A DNA stretch of 64,000 nt from Granulicella sp. (GTDB taxonomy: Bacteria > Acidobacteriota > Terriglobia > Terriglobales > Acidobacteriaceae). Positions 1 to 9,757 of the stretch are shown piece by piece. A program made the translations under genes and the position numbers. The DNA lies in the NCBI GenBank assembly GCA_965198635.1, contig OZ240669.1, positions 781,917 to 845,916 of the forward strand. Reading direction: 5' to 3'. Each line of letters opens with the position of its first letter. Position 1 is the first letter of the stretch. The notes below the pieces were generated by a model, which saw only the letters and a program-made list of their open reading frames with translations, did not search any database and was not told where the DNA came from.

Positions 1-2
1 CG

Positions 3-752
3 CGGCCCGGCGCGCTCTATGCCGTTTGGGCTTCAGAGATCCCCGGCCGGCCTCTGCATGTAGAGGGCAAGACGCTTTCCGGCGAGAAGGCGTTCTGTAC
101 GGGGTACGGATTGGTGCAGCGTGCGCTGGTTACGGTGGGAGGGGACGACGGCCGTTTGCTGGATGTGGATGTGAGGCCCGGGCCCGCCATCCACGCAAGC
201 GCCGCGCAGTGGCACACAGAGGCGTTCCGCATGACCAATACCGGAGCGGTGCGTTTCGACGAACTGCCCCTGGAAGACGATGCCGCGATCGGCGCTCCGG
301 GCTCTTATCTCAGCCGGCCCGGCTTCTGGCACGGAGCCTGCGGCCCTGCCGCGTGCTGGGCCGGAGGCGCTGCCGGGCTGCTCGCCTATGCGGACGAGAG
401 CAAGCGCAGCGATCCACATACGCTGGTGCATCTAGCGGGCATGCATGCCAACGTCTGGGCAATGCGCTCCCTGCTCCGCACGGCCGGCGAAGAAATCGAT
501 GCGGAGCCCAATGACGTGCCCGCTGCCCAACGGCGCGCCCTGACACTGCGGCACCTGATTGAGCAACTCGCCACCGACACGCTTCGTCGCTTTGCCCGCG
601 CCTATGGTCCCGCTCCCCTGGCGATGCAGGAGCACACAGCGCGCCGCTTCCACGAGGTGGAAATTTTTCTGCGCCAGTCACACGCGGAGCGGGATCTCGA
701 GACCCTGGCCACACTAATCAGGGCTAGGCCCGACAACAAGATGCACCGTTAG
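3..752 (+). CDS. acyl-CoA dehydrogenase-like protein, C-terminal part (5' end upstream of window)
   Basis: Frame is open from nt 3 (RPGALYAVWASEIPGRPLHVEGKTLSGEKAFCTGYG...) and runs into listed ORF 111..752. The GEKAFCTG strand followed by a long helical C-terminal domain resembles the ACAD fold. Family call is from memory only. Confidence 0.5.
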   Translation, partial: RPGALYAVWASEIPGRPLHVEGKTLSGEKAFCTGYGLVQRALVTVGGDDGRLLDVDVRPGPAIHASAAQWHTEAFRMTNTGAVRFDELPLEDDAAIGAPGSYLSRPGFWHGACGPAACWAGGAAGLLAYADESKRSDPHTLVHLAGMHANVWAMRSLLRTAGEEIDAEPNDVPAAQRRALTLRHLIEQLATDTLRRFARAYGPAPLAMQEHTARRFHEVEIFLRQSHAERDLETLATLIRARPDNKMHR

Positions 753-782
753 ATTGCGAACTAAAGAACTAAAGAGGAACCC

Positions 783-2198
783 ATGCCCGTCGCGCAGGCC
801 GAAGCATACGAAACCGATATCCCTCTCCGTCTCGACAGGCTTCCCTGGAGCCGTTGGCACATGCGCATGGCGACGGCGCTGGGCATCACCTTTCTGCTTG
901 ACGGCCTTGAGGGCGGTGTCGGCGGCTCGCTCTCCGGAGCCTTGAAGTCAGCAAGCACGCTGCACTTCACGGATACTCAGTTGGGCATCACTTCGACAGG
1001 GTATCTGGCAGGCACCGTTATCGGCGCCCTGGTCTTCGGTTATCTCGCGGACCGCTATGGGCGCAAGAGTCTCTTTCTGTGGACGCTTGCCGTGTACGTG
1101 ATCTCCACCGCGGCAACCTCTCTCTCATGGAATCTGCTCACCTTCACGACCTGCCGTATATTGACCGGCGCCGGCATCGGCGGTGAGTACACCGCCATCA
1201 CCTCAGCCATTGACGAGCTCATTCCAGCAAGAGTGCGAGGCACGGCAAACCTGATCATCGGCTCTACCTTTTGGCTAGGCGTGATTCTCGGCTCCCTGAT
1301 TGCGGTTGGCTTTCTGTCCGACAGCGTCTTTGGCCTTCGACTGGGCTGGCGCTTTGCCTTTCTTTCAGGCGTACCCATCGCGCTTGTGGTGTTGTACCTG
1401 CGGCGCAACATCCCTGAAAGTCCCCGTTGGCTTTTAACGCACAATCGCGAGCCCGAAGCAACGGTTGTGATCGACTCGATCGAAACCTCCGTAGCGCAGC
1501 AGTTTGGCTCACTCTCCAAAGTGCAAGGTACGGTTCGCCTTCAACGCAGTTCGCAGAGCGTCGCCGCGAAGATGGGCGTCCTCTTTGACGCAAAACATCG
1601 TGGCAAGGCGTTGCTGTGTCTTGGGCTCACAATGGCGCAGTCCTTCTTTTACAACTCCGTATTCTTTTCAAGCACCCTCATCCTGCTTCGGTTTTACGGT
1701 GTCTCCGCGGCACATGCCGGTGTCTTATTTTTGCCTATCGCGTTTACCAACTTCATCGGTCCCGTCCTGCTCAGCCGCCTCTTTGACACGGTGGGCCGCC
1801 GCATCATGATCTCGCTGAACTTCTGCATGACCGCCATCGTCTTCGCCACGTCGAGCCTGCTCTTCATGGGCGGCCGCATCGGCGTCAAGGCCCAGGTAGC
1901 CTGGTGGGCGATCTCTTTCTTCTTTGCGGCCTCCGCCGCTGGCTCAGCCTATCTCACCACCAGCGAGCTGTTTCCGCAGCAGATCCGAGCGTCGGCGATA
2001 GCGATCTTCTACGCCGTTGGCACACTGCTCGGCGGTGTGCTCGGCCCCGCCATCTTCGGCATCCTGCTCAACCGCGGTCAACGTGCCCCGATCTTTTACG
2101 GCTTCCTAGCGAGTTCGTCCGTGATGCTGCTTGCAGGCTTGGCGCAGGCCATCTGGGGCGTCGACTCAGAGCGCAAGCCCCTGGAAGAGCTGTGTTGA
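783..2198 (+). CDS. MFS transporter
   Basis: Listed ORF, ATG start preceded by AGAGGA. 471 aa with about 12 hydrophobic spans. MFS loop 2-3 signature GYLADRYGRK. Confidence 0.85.
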   Translation: MPVAQAEAYETDIPLRLDRLPWSRWHMRMATALGITFLLDGLEGGVGGSLSGALKSASTLHFTDTQLGITSTGYLAGTVIGALVFGYLADRYGRKSLFLWTLAVYVISTAATSLSWNLLTFTTCRILTGAGIGGEYTAITSAIDELIPARVRGTANLIIGSTFWLGVILGSLIAVGFLSDSVFGLRLGWRFAFLSGVPIALVVLYLRRNIPESPRWLLTHNREPEATVVIDSIETSVAQQFGSLSKVQGTVRLQRSSQSVAAKMGVLFDAKHRGKALLCLGLTMAQSFFYNSVFFSSTLILLRFYGVSAAHAGVLFLPIAFTNFIGPVLLSRLFDTVGRRIMISLNFCMTAIVFATSSLLFMGGRIGVKAQVAWWAISFFFAASAAGSAYLTTSELFPQQIRASAIAIFYAVGTLLGGVLGPAIFGILLNRGQRAPIFYGFLASSSVMLLAGLAQAIWGVDSERKPLEELC

Positions 2199-2207
2199 GA
2201 TGAGCGG

Positions 2208-3131
2208 TTAGGGCAGCCGAAAGGTCACACCGGCGTCCCAGTTCACCCGTTGCGTCGCCTGAAGATCGATGTCCGAAAGCAGAATCTCGTTGAAGTGCTT
2301 GCCGGTAAGGTAGATCGCAGAACGCGTCAGAATATAGTTGCGCACCTGCAACGGTGGCCGCCCATCTTTGAACACGAGGGTGACCGCTTCTTCTTCTGCC
2401 GGCGGGTTGGGCGCACGGTTTACCGGGACCAGCGGAACAAGCATCATGGCTTGCCCAGCATCCATCGCCCCGGGTTCGTAGGCCGGCTGCGCTGGGTACT
2501 CTGCCGAGTTCCTATTAGCATATGGCTCGGGGACTTGCGGTGCATACGGTGTCTGATACCCGTTGGCATATGGCTCGGGGGCCTGCGCGGGGTAGGGGGC
2601 GTTTGGGGCACCGTAAGGCCCAACGGAATACGCAGGCAAGCCTGCGGCTTGCGGATCGGGACTACCCGCATCGTTCCACGGAGACATCTCCGCACCGGCT
2701 ACGTTGGGATCCTGGGATGAGCTCGGACAACCGTAAAAGCACGGATCTACCGTGGGCTCAAGAAAGGTGTACGGAACCCCGTAGCCGACGCCACGCGGAG
2801 AGTACCCCATGTAGGATCGTCCGCCGGCTGGTCTCCACTGCGATCGGCTTGCGTAGACAGGCCGTGATGTAGACCAGGGGCCAGGGTAGCCCTGCCCTGC
2901 ACCCTGAACGCGGTATCCCGCGAAGGGCGCTCTGGAGGCGAATGCATTGGAAAAGCGCTGCGGCTGGGAGCCAACGTTCGGCTTGCCAGAACCTCTGTAG
3001 GACCCAAAGCCGACGCCCGGCGCGGCACCTGAGCGTACCGAAACCTTTCCGGGAGTTGCGCCGCCACGCTGCGCAAAGGCCACGCCGCTGAAGCCGAGGA
3101 GTCCGAGCGCAAAGGCCGAAAGGCACCGCAT
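2208..3131 (-). CDS. secreted Pro/Gly/Tyr-rich protein of unknown function
   Basis: ATG start and signal peptide MRCLSAFALGLLGFSGVAFA. Long low-complexity region with repeated PEPYAN units, then a roughly 60-aa globular C-terminus. No family recognised. Confidence 0.55.
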   Translation of the reverse strand: MRCLSAFALGLLGFSGVAFAQRGGATPGKVSVRSGAAPGVGFGSYRGSGKPNVGSQPQRFSNAFASRAPFAGYRVQGAGQGYPGPWSTSRPVYASRSQWRPAGGRSYMGYSPRGVGYGVPYTFLEPTVDPCFYGCPSSSQDPNVAGAEMSPWNDAGSPDPQAAGLPAYSVGPYGAPNAPYPAQAPEPYANGYQTPYAPQVPEPYANRNSAEYPAQPAYEPGAMDAGQAMMLVPLVPVNRAPNPPAEEEAVTLVFKDGRPPLQVRNYILTRSAIYLTGKHFNEILLSDIDLQATQRVNWDAGVTFRLP

Positions 3132-3191
3132 GGCTCCATCGTACGCCGACCGCGAAATAGCCTCCAGCGGTGCAGAAGAAGACCTTCGCCC

Positions 3192-4361
3192 TTAGGCTGG
3201 CAGCTCTTCCGCCGTCGGGTAGTTGTGCTGCTCTCGACCGACGGCAGCATCGTACTTGACGGTGCTTTTGAACAGTTCATAACGGCCATCATTGAACTTG
3301 CGGCCATGCTCCCGCAGCTGATTCATCTGAATGTCTGTCAGCGGCTGAAACTTGCTCAGAATGGCCAGGTTCTGATCCAGCACAGCCATGGACTCCATCC
3401 CCGAAATGGTTGTGGAAACGCCCGGAACGCTCATGGCATAGCTCAACGCTTCGGTGGGGGTCACGGCACCGTGCGTGATAGGTTCGCCTGATCCACCCAT
3501 ACTCTTCATGGAAAAGACGGCCATACCTTTGGCTTTTGCCACGGGCAACACATTCTGTTCAAAGGAGCGCCATCCCGGATCGAAGACATTGATGGGCATC
3601 TGCACGGTATCGAAATGGAAGCCGCGGTTCAGCATGTCCAGATGGATCGATGGGTTTTTATGTCCTGTGAAGCCGACGAACCGGACCTTGCCCTGCTGCT
3701 TGGCCATGGTCAGTGCCTCCAGAACGCCATCCACTTCATAGGCCTTTTCAGGGTCGTTGTAATAGATCACCTCATGCACCTGCCAGACGTCGAGATGATC
3801 CGTTTGCAAACGGGTCAGCGAGTTCTCCAACATCTTCATCGCGACATCTTTTTTACGGCCATGCGTGCAGACCTTCGTCATCACGATGGCCCGGTCGCGC
3901 TTGCCTTTGAGGGCATTGCCGACGCGCTCCTCGCTCAGGCCCTTGTGGTATTCCCAGGCGTTATCGAAGAAGTTGATCCCATGGTCCATTGCCTTGGCGA
4001 CCATCTCGTTTACCTCGTCCTGGGTCTCCGTCGTTCCCAGGTGATACCCGCCCATGCCCAGGATGGATACCTGCAGTCCCGTGCTGCCCATGGGACGTTT
4101 TGGACACGTAAAACTCGGCACCGACCCACCATACTCACCTGCGGGGTTCGGCAATAAGGGATTCGGACCGAGCGTGCTGTCGACACTTCCATCGCCATGG
4201 GGATCGAAGGTGCGACCCGCTTGAGCGACCGCAGTTCCTGTGGCCATGGGAAGAACCGTTACAGCTCCGGTAAGCGCAGCGCCCTGCAGAAAGCGGCGTC
4301 TAGACACCTCGGCCGCGTTCTCACCCTTTAACTTGTTCGATTCATTTAATTCATTCGACAT
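3192..4361 (-). CDS. aldo/keto reductase with twin-arginine (Tat) signal peptide
   Basis: Within ORF 3192..4406. Preferred start is ATG at 4361 (MSNELNES) with AGGAGA 7 nt upstream. Tat motif SRRRFLQGAALTGAVTVLPMATGTAVA. AKR core (FFDNAWEYHKG, TKVCTHGRK, VRFVGFTGHK). Confidence 0.85.
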   Translation of the reverse strand: MSNELNESNKLKGENAAEVSRRRFLQGAALTGAVTVLPMATGTAVAQAGRTFDPHGDGSVDSTLGPNPLLPNPAGEYGGSVPSFTCPKRPMGSTGLQVSILGMGGYHLGTTETQDEVNEMVAKAMDHGINFFDNAWEYHKGLSEERVGNALKGKRDRAIVMTKVCTHGRKKDVAMKMLENSLTRLQTDHLDVWQVHEVIYYNDPEKAYEVDGVLEALTMAKQQGKVRFVGFTGHKNPSIHLDMLNRGFHFDTVQMPINVFDPGWRSFEQNVLPVAKAKGMAVFSMKSMGGSGEPITHGAVTPTEALSYAMSVPGVSTTISGMESMAVLDQNLAILSKFQPLTDIQMNQLREHGRKFNDGRYELFKSTVKYDAAVGREQHNYPTAEELPA

Positions 4362-4449
4362 AGTTCTCTCCTGCGATAGCGGGTAGTCACCCCTGTAGCC
4401 GACCACTGTTATCGGTACCCGTCCGAAGTCACATGGGGGCTGAACCCGA

Positions 4450-5481
4450 CTAGAAGTCCATGGTCTGTGGCCATGGGGATTTGGAAGGATCTTTCACCTC
4501 AGGGAACGGCTTGCCGGTGTTATCGGCATCCTTGGCAATCTGTCGCATCTCGATTGACTGCATGTCTTGCGGGAAGCCGTGTGGATACCGCGTTTCGGGG
4601 TTATCAAACTGGATGGACGTCTTATACAGCTCGAACTGCCCGTCGCCGGCGTAGGGCCTGGCTCGGTCGCGCAGGGCCTGCATCTCCGGCTCGGTCATGG
4701 GGGTAAAACTCTGGGCTATCTTGAGATTTTCCTGCAGGTATTCGAGCTTTTCCATGCCGGAGATCGTGGTCGCGACACCGGGCACGGACATGGAGTAGCG
4801 AAGCAGTTCGGCGATCGTGAAGATACCCTTTTGCACCGGATCTCCGTGTCCACTGGAGGGCTTCATCGCCATGCAGGCCATGCCTTTCCGGATCAGCACG
4901 GGGAGTACCTCGCGCTCGAAGCTGCGAAAGTTCGCGTCGAAGGGATTGATCGGCATCTGAACCGCGTCGAACGGAAAGCCTGTGTCGATCATCTTCAGAT
5001 GAAACTCCGGGTCCTTGTGACCCGTGAAGCCGACAAAGCGCACCTTGCCCTGCTGCTTTGCTTTTGCCAACGCCTCAGCCGCTCCGTTGGGACGGATAAA
5101 CAGATCGGGATCGTTGTTATAAGTGCACGCATGAATTTGCCAGAGATCCAGATGGTCGGTCTGCAGTCGCCGCAGACTTTCCTCAAGCATCTGCATGGCC
5201 AGAGCCGCATCACGTCCGTGCGTGCAGACCTTGGTCATCAGGAACACCTTGTCGCGGTGACCTTTCAAGCCCTTACCCATCCAGTTTTCGGACTTCCCCC
5301 GGTTGTACTCCCAACAATTGTCGAAGAAGGTTATCCCGCCATCGATCGCTGTGTGCATGATCTCAACCGCGGTCTTTTCATCCTTTGCCGAACCAAGATG
5401 ATGACCGCCCAACCCCAGCGCGGAAAGCTGAACATCCGTTTTGCCGAAGCGCTTTAGAGGAATAGTGCCCATGGTCTGCAT
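4450..5481 (-). CDS. aldo/keto reductase (cytoplasmic paralog of the upstream gene)
   Basis: Listed ORF. Same AKR motifs (FFDNCWEYNRGKSE, TKVCTHGRD, VRFVGFTGHK) but no signal peptide. Alternative ATG at 5472. Confidence 0.85.
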   Translation of the reverse strand: MQTMGTIPLKRFGKTDVQLSALGLGGHHLGSAKDEKTAVEIMHTAIDGGITFFDNCWEYNRGKSENWMGKGLKGHRDKVFLMTKVCTHGRDAALAMQMLEESLRRLQTDHLDLWQIHACTYNNDPDLFIRPNGAAEALAKAKQQGKVRFVGFTGHKDPEFHLKMIDTGFPFDAVQMPINPFDANFRSFEREVLPVLIRKGMACMAMKPSSGHGDPVQKGIFTIAELLRYSMSVPGVATTISGMEKLEYLQENLKIAQSFTPMTEPEMQALRDRARPYAGDGQFELYKTSIQFDNPETRYPHGFPQDMQSIEMRQIAKDADNTGKPFPEVKDPSKSPWPQTMDF

Positions 5482-5802
5482 CGTTATAAGTTCTGATGCA
5501 CCGTGCGAAATCCGTAGAGGCCATGGCAGGCATCTGCGGCAGTGAGCACGAAAGCTGTTTTGAGGCCATGCACGGACACACCGTGCCGCAACAAAAGCCC
5601 GTCCCAGCCTCGCACAACGCGTGCGTTCACGCGGCGCACCAACGGGTTCTGGATGGGCAGAACTCGTCTACTCTACCCCGAACCTGCTGCACCCAAGACC
5701 AGTGATGGCCGAATAATACTGATAGCGCCAAAGGTGCATGTTAAGTGACTGAGAAAGTCGCTCACGGCACAATTTAGGTCACAACGACGCAGCGTCGACG
5801 CG

Positions 5803-5822
5803 AAAACAACTTCTAAGTTGTT
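5803..5822 (-). terminator. possible intrinsic terminator of tRNA-Thr
   Basis: On the minus strand, just 3' of the tRNA: AACAACTT-AG-AAGTTGTT followed by TT. The stem is AT-rich and the loop tiny, so this is weak. Confidence 0.3.
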
Positions 5823-5829
5823 AGATTTC

Positions 5830-5905
5830 TGGAGCCGACGAACGGACTTGAACCGTTGACCTGCTGATTACGAATCAGCTGCTCTACCAACTGAGCTACG
5901 TCGGC
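5830..5905 (-). tRNA. tRNA-Thr (anticodon CGU)
   Basis: Reverse complement is GCCGACGTAGCTCAGTTGGTAGAGCAGCTGATTCGTAATCAGCAGGTCAACGGTTCAAGTCCGTTCGTCGGCTCCA. Acceptor GCCGACG/CGTCGGC, D arm GCTC/GAGC, anticodon stem GCTGA/TCAGC with loop TTCGTAA (anticodon CGT), T arm AACGG-TTCAAGT-CCGTT, encoded CCA. Confidence 0.92.
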
Positions 5906-5916
5906 GTTCCAGTGAC

Positions 5917-5945
5917 ATTCTATCGGGAACAGCCGCGCTTGGGAA
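5917..5945 (-). promoter_or_regulatory. sigma70-like promoter for tRNA-Thr
   Basis: Minus strand reads TTCCCA-17 nt-TAGAAT, with the -10 hexamer ending 11 nt before the mature tRNA 5' end. Confidence 0.4.
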
Positions 5946-6021
5946 GCTGGGGGGGGTTGCTTGCCGGTCTGGATGTCCTGCGCGCTCACGGCGAGAGCGG
6001 CTGGCATCGCACAGAATGTAC

Positions 6022-7182
6022 TTACTGCTCCCTTGGCTCGCCAGTCGGAAAAGCGGGGGGGGGATTTTGAGGAGCCAGGTGCAGACTGAGGAACTCGGCC
6101 TCGGTGGCTGCGGGTTTGCCCTGCAGGATACGTACAAGCGCCCGGCCACCGCCCAGAAAGATTCCCAGCAGAATCGCCGCACCACCCAGCACCATGGAAA
6201 AGACGATGATGTTGGCAAAAAGGCCGAAGGTCCTGCGGGTCTCAATCACGTCCGGGGTGGGCATGGCCTTGTCCGTGCTGAGGATCTGGCGCAGGTGCGT
6301 GTTTTCCACCAGCGCCTGGGCCGCGGCCGCGGAAAAGCTGCCCTCGGCGAGGATCACGAGCGAGCCTTCACGGCGCGTTTTGGCGTCACGAAAGCTGGCC
6401 CCCAGACCGGAAAGCATCCCCTGCACGGACCGCAGGTGCGCGCCGGCGATGGTGGGCGTGGGATAGAGCAGAAGCGTCAGGGTCTCCGCGCCGCGGCGGT
6501 CGTTGTACTTTGCTGTGGCAGCCTCCAGGCTCTGGTTCCAGCCCAGACCGGCGGCGGGCAACACGCCACCCTGGGCCATGTAGCTGGCGGGGCCAAGCGC
6601 ATATCGCAAACTGAATGCGTTCAGGCCACGGCCCGGGAACAGGGTCGGCAACAGGGGTTGCAGCGCCTGGCTGCCTTCGGCGATCGGCATGGTCGCCGCC
6701 ATCGCCTTCAATGCGGGAACGTCTGCGGCAGTGGCCGGAAAGACCACGGCAACCACAGCACCGGTGCGGAATAGAACGCCGCCCTCGCCCTCCGCAGCCT
6801 GGGCACCCAGCCCCCTCAGGTTGTGCATGCCAGGCTGTACCAGTACGGACAACGCGGCGATCGCGCCGGAGACGTCTTTAAACTCCGTCGCTTCGACGTG
6901 AAGCGTTTTGCTGCCCGGGCCCTCAAAGTTCTGTACCGCGGAGCGCTGCGGTCCATCCTCTTCCAGAGCCGCCTTATTCGCTTCCACAAGCGAAAAAGCG
7001 GGTTCCGGTGCTGCCGGATGATTCTCAGTGGTGGCCTTCCAGCCGTCGCCGAAGCCGGTCGGCAGCAGAGGCGGCGAAAGATTCACGGCAGTCTGCCCAG
7101 GGCTGCCGCTGACCTGCCCTGCCGCGGACAATGCCAGCGCGGAAGCAACCAGACCCAACGTGGCACAGGCACGAAGACGCAT
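6022..7182 (-). CDS. hypothetical exported protein with C-terminal membrane anchor
   Basis: ATG start, signal peptide MRLRACATLGLVASALALSAAGQ, and one C-terminal TM (FGLFANIIVFSMVLGGAAILLGIFLGGG). No family recognised. Confidence 0.6.
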   Translation of the reverse strand: MRLRACATLGLVASALALSAAGQVSGSPGQTAVNLSPPLLPTGFGDGWKATTENHPAAPEPAFSLVEANKAALEEDGPQRSAVQNFEGPGSKTLHVEATEFKDVSGAIAALSVLVQPGMHNLRGLGAQAAEGEGGVLFRTGAVVAVVFPATAADVPALKAMAATMPIAEGSQALQPLLPTLFPGRGLNAFSLRYALGPASYMAQGGVLPAAGLGWNQSLEAATAKYNDRRGAETLTLLLYPTPTIAGAHLRSVQGMLSGLGASFRDAKTRREGSLVILAEGSFSAAAAQALVENTHLRQILSTDKAMPTPDVIETRRTFGLFANIIVFSMVLGGAAILLGIFLGGGRALVRILQGKPAATEAEFLSLHLAPQNPPPAFPTGEPREQ

Positions 7183-7257
7183 ACGAGGGTGAGACTACAC
7201 GACCGGCCAAAAGGTCGCAGACTATAAACACATCCAGCCCCGGCGCACCTACCAGAC

Positions 7258-9600
7258 TCAGCGCTGCGCCCGCTCCATGATCTTCGATTTCGGCTTGGCG
7301 CCATTAATGGCTCCGGCGTACCGCGCGATGCCGTTATACAGGCTTTCGGCCACGCGCTCGCGGTACTCCGGCTGCTGTAGCTCGGCTGCGTCGTCAGGGT
7401 TGGTTACAAAGCTGATCTCCGCAAGAATCGAGGGCATGTTCGCCCCAATCAGCACCACGAACGGCGCCTTTTTCACACCGCGATCCTTCAAGCCGCCGTT
7501 GCCCTTCTTGAGGCCGCTGTACAGGGATTGATCCACATCCGCGGCGAGCTCCCGGCTTTCATCGATCTTGTCCTTCAGCGCGATCTTTTTCACAAGATCG
7601 CTCAGCTGATTTACGCGTTGCGAGCTGACGGCGTTTTCGCGGCTGGCTACCTGCATGGCCTCGGCGTCCGAGGTGAAGTTCAGGTAATAGACCTCCACGC
7701 CTCGCGCGTTGGGATCCTGCGAGCTATTAGCGTGCACGCTGATGAACAGATCTGCTTGTGCCTTGTTCGCGATCGCCGTACGAGTTTCCAGCGGCACGAA
7801 GGTGTCGTCCGCGCGTGTGTAGACGACCTCGGCCCCCAGGCGGTCATGCAGCAGCTTGCCGAGGCGCAGGGCCACGTCGAGCACCACATCCTTTTCTTCG
7901 ATCCCATCCACTCCCAGCGTGCCGGAGTCGTGGCCCCCGTGTCCGGCGTCGATCACGATGCGGCCGATCTTCAGCCCCAGCGCCCGCAGGAGCGTGCTTT
8001 GGCCGTCAGAGGTGGGCGGCGGCGGAGTAACCGGCTCCGCATTGGGAGCGGGTGCGTCGGTTATTCCGGAGGTACTTCGCTTACGCCGCGTCGCGGTGGG
8101 GTCAGGGCGATCCGCCGTGCGGTCCCCCATACGATCAACCACCGGCTTGCTGGTCGGGTTGGCCGTAGCCGTCACGACGCCGGGAGTGTCGCCCAGCGCT
8201 GCCACCTCGCGGCTGCTGTCCGGCGTGGCCGAGGTGACCGTATTGGGTACGGGCCGCGCGGTGGTCGGCTTGGCGGTGACGACCACGCGAGGACGCGCAA
8301 CGGCGTTCGGCGCCGGCGCCAAACCGCTGCGCTTCGCCGGCAGACCGAAGCTGGCGCTTCCATCAGTGACCGGCATCGGCGGCAGGGTGGAGCTGCCCAC
8401 CGGTCGCGTGGGGGCTATGCGGCTGATCGGCGCCGCCGGCTGCTCAGGACTATCCGCGGCCTCGGCTGACTCGTTTGCCGGCGGTACGGGCAGGGCAGGT
8501 TCTTTCGTCGTCGCCGCGGCTTCAGTCCCGGAGTTTAACTCCGGCCGCATCAAACCGCGCGGTGAAGCTGCATCGGCGGGGGCGTTCCCGCCGGGTTTGC
8601 CATGGATATCGATGATCAGCCGGTAAGGATTGGGCAGCAGAAAGGCCGAGTACTCCGCCACCGGCTGCACATCCAGCACCACGCGCGTGACGTCCGGTCC
8701 GGCCTGTGCGGCGCGAATGGTGCTCAGGAAACCGTCATCCGTGACGGCAAAGGTTTTGCCCACCAGCCCAGGCGCGAGCTTGGCCCCGTGCAGATCAAAG
8801 AAGATGCGGTCCGGGTGTTCCGTACGTGCGGCCTTGTACTGCACCTCGCCGCCCAGGTCGATGGCGACCCGCGTGTAGCTCGCCGTGGACCAGTGCCGGA
8901 TACCCGTCACAATCGCCGGGGCTGCACCCTCCGGCAACGGCCGGCCATCCAGCGACGCGCTCCCTACCGGCTCCGGCTGCGGTACCTCTCTAGCCGGCGA
9001 TGGGGCGATGGAGACAGGCGTTGAGGGCGGGGTTGGCCGGACATCGGCGGCCCTGCGCGCAACGGGGGCCGGCTGCGCCATGGAGGCCGGCTGCGCAACG
9101 GCACGGTCCCCCGCGACAAGCTCTGCCTGCAGCTGCCGCGCGTGAACCAGCGCCGGCGCCGCGAGTGAACTCGCCGGATACCCCTTTGCGAGAAACTGGT
9201 ACTGCCCGGCAGCCGCGCGGAGACTCTTTCGATCGTTCCGCTCGTGCCCCTGCTCGGCGAGCAGTTCGGCGACCTGCTCCACCGCCCCAGGCGCATGCAG
9301 CGAAGCCGGGTTGTCGTGGTAAATCGCCCGGAAGTTGTCCATCACCTGCGTGAACTCGTCCTGGGTGTGTTCTTCGCTGGGCTCTGCCTCGAAGGACCGC
9401 CGCGCGGCAAGGGCTGTCTGCCACGGGTCTTTGAGTTTGCTAGAAGCTCCGGTCCGCCTGCCGTTTCGCGCGGGTTTTGGCGAGACACCCTGGGCGCCTG
9501 GGACTGACACGGCGCACGGCAGCGCAAGGCAGAGCCCCAGCGCACAGTAGCGGACCGTGCTCTGCCGAACTCCGGAACGAAACCACCGCAGACCCGCCAT
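7258..9600 (-). CDS. N-acetylmuramoyl-L-alanine amidase (AmiC-like: AMIN domain, long linker, amidase_3 domain)
   Basis: C-terminal amidase_3 motifs (IVIDAGHGGHDSGT, SVHANSS, SRENA). AMIN-like segment (VTGIRHWSTASYTRVAIDLGG...FFDLHGAKL). About 200 aa of Pro/Ala/Thr-rich linker. Confidence 0.85.
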   Translation of the reverse strand: MAGLRWFRSGVRQSTVRYCALGLCLALPCAVSVPGAQGVSPKPARNGRRTGASSKLKDPWQTALAARRSFEAEPSEEHTQDEFTQVMDNFRAIYHDNPASLHAPGAVEQVAELLAEQGHERNDRKSLRAAAGQYQFLAKGYPASSLAAPALVHARQLQAELVAGDRAVAQPASMAQPAPVARRAADVRPTPPSTPVSIAPSPAREVPQPEPVGSASLDGRPLPEGAAPAIVTGIRHWSTASYTRVAIDLGGEVQYKAARTEHPDRIFFDLHGAKLAPGLVGKTFAVTDDGFLSTIRAAQAGPDVTRVVLDVQPVAEYSAFLLPNPYRLIIDIHGKPGGNAPADAASPRGLMRPELNSGTEAAATTKEPALPVPPANESAEAADSPEQPAAPISRIAPTRPVGSSTLPPMPVTDGSASFGLPAKRSGLAPAPNAVARPRVVVTAKPTTARPVPNTVTSATPDSSREVAALGDTPGVVTATANPTSKPVVDRMGDRTADRPDPTATRRKRSTSGITDAPAPNAEPVTPPPPTSDGQSTLLRALGLKIGRIVIDAGHGGHDSGTLGVDGIEEKDVVLDVALRLGKLLHDRLGAEVVYTRADDTFVPLETRTAIANKAQADLFISVHANSSQDPNARGVEVYYLNFTSDAEAMQVASRENAVSSQRVNQLSDLVKKIALKDKIDESRELAADVDQSLYSGLKKGNGGLKDRGVKKAPFVVLIGANMPSILAEISFVTNPDDAAELQQPEYRERVAESLYNGIARYAGAINGAKPKSKIMERAQR

Positions 9601-9710
9601 AACCTTCTAAGTGTAGGCGGCAGCCGGCGCGGCCCCACCTGTGAATCCGCCGCGGGTACTCAGGGATGCACCTGCCCGCATAGGGCAGCCAGCTTTCCCC
9701 CACCAACCAT

Positions 9711-9740
9711 TGTCATCCTGAGCGAAGCGAAGGACCCGCC
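9711..9740. repeat. single arm of the GTCATCCTGAGC...GAAGGACC repeat family
   Basis: TGTCATCCTGAGCGAAGCGAAGGACCCGCC lies between the amidase gene and the alaS 3' end. It matches the arms at 17949, 33526, 18013, 33589, 53645 and 53779. Confidence 0.7.
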
Positions 9741-9757
9741 TTCTACCCCGGCCACAA

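Noticed and set aside
5482-5802. Possible ncRNA or small gene in the ~320-nt gap between the AKR gene and tRNA-Thr
   Set aside because: Only weak short hairpins are present, and the 69-aa track ORFs are His/Cys/Thr-rich with no RBS. I found no match to any RNA family I can recognise by eye (RNase P, SRP, tmRNA, 6S). It is most simply the AKR promoter region.
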